Part shown: positions 57,951 through 64,000 of the stretch, in pieces
How the letters are laid out: every line of letters begins with the position of its first letter
How positions within the stretch are numbered: the first letter of the stretch is position 1
The notes under the pieces: model-generated
What the model saw: the letters and a program-made list of their open reading frames with translations, nothing else
What the model was told of the DNA's origin: nothing
Databases searched by the model: none
Position numbers and translations under genes: made by a program
Assembly: GCA_964016885.1 (NCBI GenBank)
Contig: OZ024741.1
Location: 347,014,001-347,078,000, forward strand
Direction of reading: 5' to 3'
DNA length: 64,000 bases
Source: Eledone cirrhosa
Taxonomy: Eukaryota

Positions 57951-58210
57951 AGTAGCGGTAGTGGTGTTGATGATGGTAGTAGTTGTAGCATATATTATTC
58001 TCAGTTTTACTGTTGTGTTGGTATTAATGGCGTAGTTTCGTTTCTTATTCTTTTGACTTTCCTTTGCAGTCTTTCACTTATGATATTTTGTCTTCCCAGT
58101 TCATTAATGTTCTGACTACTTTAATGTGTTCTGTTATTGTTCAACATATTCTCCATGTTTTTAACTATTGCTATCACTTTTCTGGCTTGCGTCTGTTCTT
58201 ACTTTTGCAG

Positions 58211-58451
58211 ACATTCGCACTTGTTAATGATCAAATTTCGAATCACAGGCAAAAATACCGACTCTGTGATGTCAACAGTAATGCAGGAGGACACTGTACC
58301 TATATTATTAGAGACTGTGATTTCATATGTTCAAAAACTATTGTTATCTAACTCTGTTGACAAAACTACCGAAGATAATTATGAACGCCAAAGCCGATGT
58401 AATCATTCGCAACAGGTATTGTCATACATGTGGCCGGATCTTTGCGACAAG
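58211..58451 (+). CDS. Candidate internal exon of an unidentified host gene
   Basis: TTCTTACTTTTGCAG acceptor, AAG|GTAAAA donor, 241 nt open in the frame of ORF 58137; non-repetitive peptide. Confidence 0.4.
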
Positions 58452-60239
58452 GTAAAATGAAAATTTACATACAGGTTCACACTTATAAGTTAAATGGCAT
58501 ACATTATGAGATTTTGTTGAAGCAATAGAAAAGAAACGTGTAGTTAGTCTAATTTCGATGACACACATATATTTTGAGAAAAGATTAACCTCGAAATGAA
58601 AATATATAATGAATGAGAAAATATATAATGAATGAGTGCAACTTGTTAACAATTTCAGATATATCTCCTCATAAAATCAAAAAAAAAAAAATCAAAGAGA
58701 ATTTACTCGCAAGCTGACATTTCAAACATCATTGTCCTGTTATATATATATATATATATCAGTAAGTTTGTTTTGAAACAGTGATCGAGTTTGAGATTAG
58801 AAGTCACTAAAAAAAAAAAAAAAGAAAGACGGCAGATGGAATTTTGTTTAGCCCATATATTATAAGTTATTTCCGGAAATTATGCTATATGTTAAATTTA
58901 GCCTATATTTCGAGGTTGTGATAATTTCCATACGAACAATTTTCAAGTTTGGAATTTTTCCTCGGGTTTTCTGGTTCGTCAAATGGGTAAAGATCTCAAG
59001 TTCAATGACGCGAAATGCAGGTTCTAGGTTGCGGTGGGTCAGTTCGTGTTGGGGAAGCTGAGTGTAGTGTTAGCGTGAGTGTGTGCCTGTGGATTGTATC
59101 AGCGGTATAACGGTTTTAGTTAGGGGTACTTCTTAAGTTTATACTGGTTATGTGTAAGATTCATATCAATTATCTGAAGATTTCGTAGTCACGCATAATC
59201 TTAATATAGACGCTACGAAATACGACGGCAGCAGACAAATTATATCAATTATCCCCATAGCAGTAATGACACTGGTCGGTAGTTGCTTTACAGGGAGATT
59301 AGGACATATTTAAATACATGCACGTGTAGAGTTTACCTTTTCCGATTCTGGTGACGCCGTCAAAATTTATTTAGGTTCAGTGTCGCCTTTGCTTCGATTT
59401 CAATGTATTTATGTTCAAAACACATACACGTATATGTATGTGTCATTGCAATGTAGGTATACGTAACAATGTCCTGACAACAATAAACTGGCACACACCT
59501 ATTGGCAATGAACTAAGCAAAAAAACATGATCTGAACCACTCAACCGTAGATACAGTCACACGCAAGACTACTGTTTTAACATACGCCGGTATTCATTCC
59601 AAGTAAGACATAAAACATCCAGAAAATCAACTACCCACGTCTTGTCTTAAGATTAGTGTACTACTTACTGTCAACTTCCAAATACCTTTCCGAATAAATG
59701 ACGATGACCCCTAAATCTATATTTATGGGATATCTGTAGAAGCTTACATACACACACACCCGCGCGCACACATTCGCACACAATTGTACATACACGCACA
59801 CGCACGAAGACAATTCTCTATTATACATCAGGCTATGTTAATGCACATGCTAATAGATGATAGCTAGTCACGCATGCACTATATACAAATGAAGGTCTCC
59901 TGCAGATGTATTATAGGCAGAGTGTATATAAGTTATAGCTTATTCTGATCTCGGTGAAGTTTGAGTAACTGTCTTTGATGAAGGGTAATAAAATTCGGAA
60001 ACGGTTGTGTTTGGCGGTACTCACACGATTACTTGCTGTCACATCAGAACAACTTAGTACGGGCACAGTGAAATGTGTGTATCTAAACTATAGTAAACAA
60101 TATATATTTTTTATCCCGTTTGTAAAATAAGTTCGATTACTTTGAATAAATAATGAATGAATATTACTTAATTTATCTACTAAATTTCTTAAATAATTTT
60201 CGTATTTATAAATGATTTAAAATTGACTTCTTTTCAAAG

Positions 60240-62350
60240 TTACAAATTTCTAGACTTCCGGTATATCGTCGCCACCACCATCACTTCAACTACCATATAT
60301 ATAATATTGAAAGTGATCTTGTCTGATCCTTTTGTGATGTACTTATATAAGTACTTAACAGCCTTGACACTGTGGATAACCTCACAATTGATGTGGCACT
60401 GATATCTCAATGATAGGAAAGGATTGTATGGAACAATCCAACGATTATCAACAGTAAATTCTTGACCTTTAAGTTGGATTGTATGGGTGTGACCACTATG
60501 CTGTCTATCCCTACTTCTATACTCCGGAAAGGAATTTTCGGCAACAAATGTGTTTTTTCTGAATGCCTTGGAATAACTTTTTGAGCAATGCCGTTGTTGT
60601 CCTATCCCGTAGATACATGGGCACATCATATTACCTTGTCCACATGGGCTATCCATGTTGCAGGATGTGATGATCTTATGCAGAGTTCGATTGGTCTCTT
60701 TATCAGGAATCTCACAGTACACTACCTGATCAATGGCATCAGCAGTTTGGGATTGCTATCTTCAGCCATTATCAGCAGAATATGAGCATGAGTGAGAACT
60801 CGTTTCTGCCACTCTATTGTAGCAGAATGAGACACTACTTTTCCTAGGACATTTTATTTCAATATGTCATCCATGAGGCTGTCATACTTGATCTTGAAGA
60901 CTCTTGCACATATATCAGGACGGTCTCTAGGTTCTTCACCAGGGTGAAAACTGTTTTTTATTTCATCACACTTAGGGTTAGTTGTTACCGTGATGAAATA
61001 AGATGGCTTTCCCATGTGTCGAACCACAGCCATCGAATTCTGGAAGCACTCACTGTAGAAGCGAGGGCAACCTGAGTTTGAAGGAGGAAGAACAAAACTC
61101 CGGCCTGCATTTACTGAATCTCCTTCAGCCACAAACCCTCATGCGTTTCAGCTCGTTTGATTATTGCGGGCCCATTTGAGGCGACAATATCCTATTTTTG
61201 CCTGGGCATCTGCAGCATATTGCTGCATCAGCCGCCTGCTCTTCATGATAATGTTACAGTCACCTTGCCTAACCTGAAACCTATAACTGTAGAAATCAGT
61301 GGGTGTGAGTGTGTGGTTGTTGTCAATCCTTTTCAAACCAACCTGAAACCCATCATTCCCCCAAGGAAACAGTAGCACATAATGCAGAGGATCATAAGAA
61401 TGGTGCAACTGATGAATCCTATGAAGACCAACATGTCTTTTATGAATGATGACATCCAAAAGAACTAATGCTCTATCAGCTTGAATAACAGCAATCTCAG
61501 ATGCTATGGGAAGATTATATGTGCGACAATGAAAGTCAGTGGGTTTTACTTTGTCTGCATGTAGGACAATATTCACATTTTCAGAAACTGGCATTTCAAT
61601 AACTGATTGAGACTTCTTATATAGGTGTTGCAGTAGTGCAAGTCGTCTTGCAGGTTCTGCAGGACAGCTTCATCTAAATTAACATGATGCAAGCGATTCT
61701 GAATCTCATGATCTGTATCATAGTAGTAAAGCTGCCACCAAACTTGGGTGAAGCAGCACTTGGAAGTAGTGATCCAATAATATGACAAATCTTACCTTGG
61801 ATCTTAAACGTGGGACTAAATCCTGGCGCTTTAATCTCTTTGCAACCAATTTAAGCTAAGGCAAGCACATTGTTATATGCACGTTTCTTATGGAGAAAAG
61901 AATTTCCTGCTTGAGTGATATCGAAATATTTTAGTATATTTGGTGGAGGAGGAGGAAGTTGAGAGAGTTTCACTTTTCCCTGGAGCAGAACAGAGATTTG
62001 GGTTCATGTGGCCAGCGATAAGCTTTGCAGTGCGGACAAACAGAGGCAAAGAGACTCCCTGCATTATGTTGTAGTATTATGGAAAGAACAGTTTGCTCTT
62101 GGAAAAGTTCCTCTGTAGGATCCTTTGCTAGACCTTCAGTTGACCTGTTCCTTCTTCTCTGAACGTTTGCTGTATTTTTTGCAAATTGTTGTTGGTGTGT
62201 TAAATGAATTACATTTGTAGAAATTTGTAGGGATGTTGTAGAGCGATTATTATTTGATTGATTTGCCCTCATATCTCTTTGGCGTTGTGTGTCTGCTGCC
62301 ATGCGTTGGGATTTAGATGAGAAATGTTTTCTGCGTCCAATATTCACTCT
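60240..62350 (-). mobile_element. Decayed Helitron Rep region (helicase absent)
   Basis: CPHC, YDPLHYVLLFPWG, QQYAAD, LPPS..G.PR, GKPSYFITVTTNP, DRPDICARVF, HAHIL, VDNRWIVPYNP, HINCE, KYLYKYITKGSD. Confidence 0.92.
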
Positions 62351-62423
62351 CTGTCATGTATTTATAAATATATGTTATCTGTACGGTGAAATCTTAGAAA
62401 TAAATATACGTTAAAACAGAAGA

Positions 62424-62469
<46 letters not shown>

Positions 62470-64000
62470 AATGGAAAAATTTGAACAGGGACAAAACAGA
62501 GAGGCAGTACAACGAATGTTTATTAATTTCACGCTCAGGAGAGTGGGGTGTTGGTGAGGGACGACGTTTCGGGCATAAGCCCTTCCTCAGGTGGGAAGTG
62601 TGTGGGAACAGAGTTCAAAGGGTGTGTAGGGGAGTGGTGGAGAGACATATAGCGAAAGGAAACGGTGCGAATGAAAAAAATAAAAATAAAAATAAAAATA
62701 AAGCATGATCAAAATACAAGGAATGAAATAAATTTAAATATAAAAGCATGATCAAAATAAACTGAAATTAAAAGGGGGTAAAACAGGTGGTGGCAGGGTG
62801 TGGGGTGTGTAGGGGTGGTGGCGGGTAGAGTGGGGATAGGGAGACGGGGTGTCCGAGCGGAGAGGGTTGAAGGTGTTGTGTGTGTATAGGTGTACGTGTG
62901 TGTGTGTGTGTATGTGAAAGTAAGGGTTGGGGGAAGAACGGGGTTGGATGTTCAGGAAGAGGTGTGTGGTGTAGGGGGGAGTGTCTGTGCGTGTGTGGAT
63001 AGAGGGGTGGGGGGGGAGAGGAATCAGGAAGCTGAGGGTGTAAATATGTGGTGGAAAGCACGTGTGTGTGGGGTTTAAGCGTGTTGTGGGTGTAGGTGGC
63101 GTGTGGAGAAAAAACAAATTTTGGGGGGCTGTGTGTGTGGGTCAGTTATATAGGTGATTACGTAAGAGGATGGTTGAAAAGTAGGTAAAATCCAAAGGTG
63201 TTTAGTGGATTCTGTGGTGGTCAATTTCTGCGTGCGAGTATTCCATGAAGCGATGGTCGGAAGAGGAGAGATTTGGGGTGCGCGCGCAACAGGAAGTGGT
63301 CAAGCAGTGGGAGTGCTGTGTGTCTGTTTGTGCTGGGAGGTGGTCAGAGGGCATAGCAGCAGTCGGTGGAATGGTAAAGGGGCGAGGATGGGTAGGTGTG
63401 AAAGTTGGAGTGAGGAGGGTGTGTGTGTCTATTAGTAGAGGTGTTAGTGGGATGAGTGAGTGTGTAGCGAGGGTGTGGGTGGAGAGGGGGTAGAAGGGTG
63501 TGTGTGGTTCTATGGAGGGAGTGGGGTGTACTGGTGTGTGTGTAGTTTGATGAAGGGGTGTTAGTGGGTGTTAGTATAAGGGAGGTGGAGAGGGGTTGAA
63601 TGCAGGTGTGAGTGGGGGTTAGTGGTGGTAGAGTGTGTAGAGTTGGTGGTGTACGAGGGTGTGTGGGTACGTGTGCGTGGGGTTGGGGGGGGTGTTAGTG
63701 ATGTTAGTTGCATGTGGGGTGGGTGGTGTAAGTGGGTGCGTGTGTTCGTGTGCTTGGGGTTAGGGGGTGTTATTGAGGTTAGTTGCGGGGTGGTGGGATG
63801 GAGGTGTGGGGGTGAGAGGTATGGGGGTGAGGGTTAGTGGTGGTAGTAGGGTGTGTGTTTAGTGTGAGTGCGTGTATATATGTGCCGGTGGGTGTGTGCG
63901 TGTGATAAGGAGGGGGGAGGAGGAGAAGAATGGAGGGATGTTAGTATGTTAGTTGGGTAAGGGTGGTCAGATGAGGGGTGGAGTGGAGGTGTTAGTATGG
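62470..64000 (-). mobile_element. Family G PLE-like 3' region (runs off window), HHR-like motif at 62561-62592
   Basis: Second copy of 7719-8290 with a longer GT-rich tract. Confidence 0.7.

Noticed and set aside
59968-60018. TTGATGA..GAAACGGTTGTG HHR-like relic (similar at 45096-45160)
   Set aside because: Cleavage triplet or GAAA is lost; too degenerate

Overview
AT-rich eukaryotic DNA saturated with (TA)n/(CA)n microsatellites and transposons; the SINE types and microsatellite load suggest an octopod cephalopod (inference). Protein-coding content is almost all mobile: one intact Penelope-like retroelement (PLE; RT + GIY-YIG, ATG 21618-23759) in partial-tandem arrangement with microsatellite-filled pseudo-LTRs, decayed PLEs, decayed CR1-like, Tx1-like and RTE LINEs, an internally deleted LTR element, a decayed Helitron, SINEs and one possible host exon. 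The main hidden signal is RNA structure. Folding by eye, I find about 25 type I hammerhead ribozyme (HHR) motifs from about 10 sequence families. They include U3-A8 and U4C core variants, compensatory base changes between subfamilies and palindromic helix III (dimer-type). Most lie in non-coding fold-back elements next to (TA)n, several built from circularly permuted ~317-700 nt units, with the two arms pointing 3'-outward. This looks like a retrozyme-like, PLE-mobilised family of ribozyme RNAs. All folds are manual, no activity is shown, and element boundaries are approximate. Most ORFs in the track are microsatellite artefacts.
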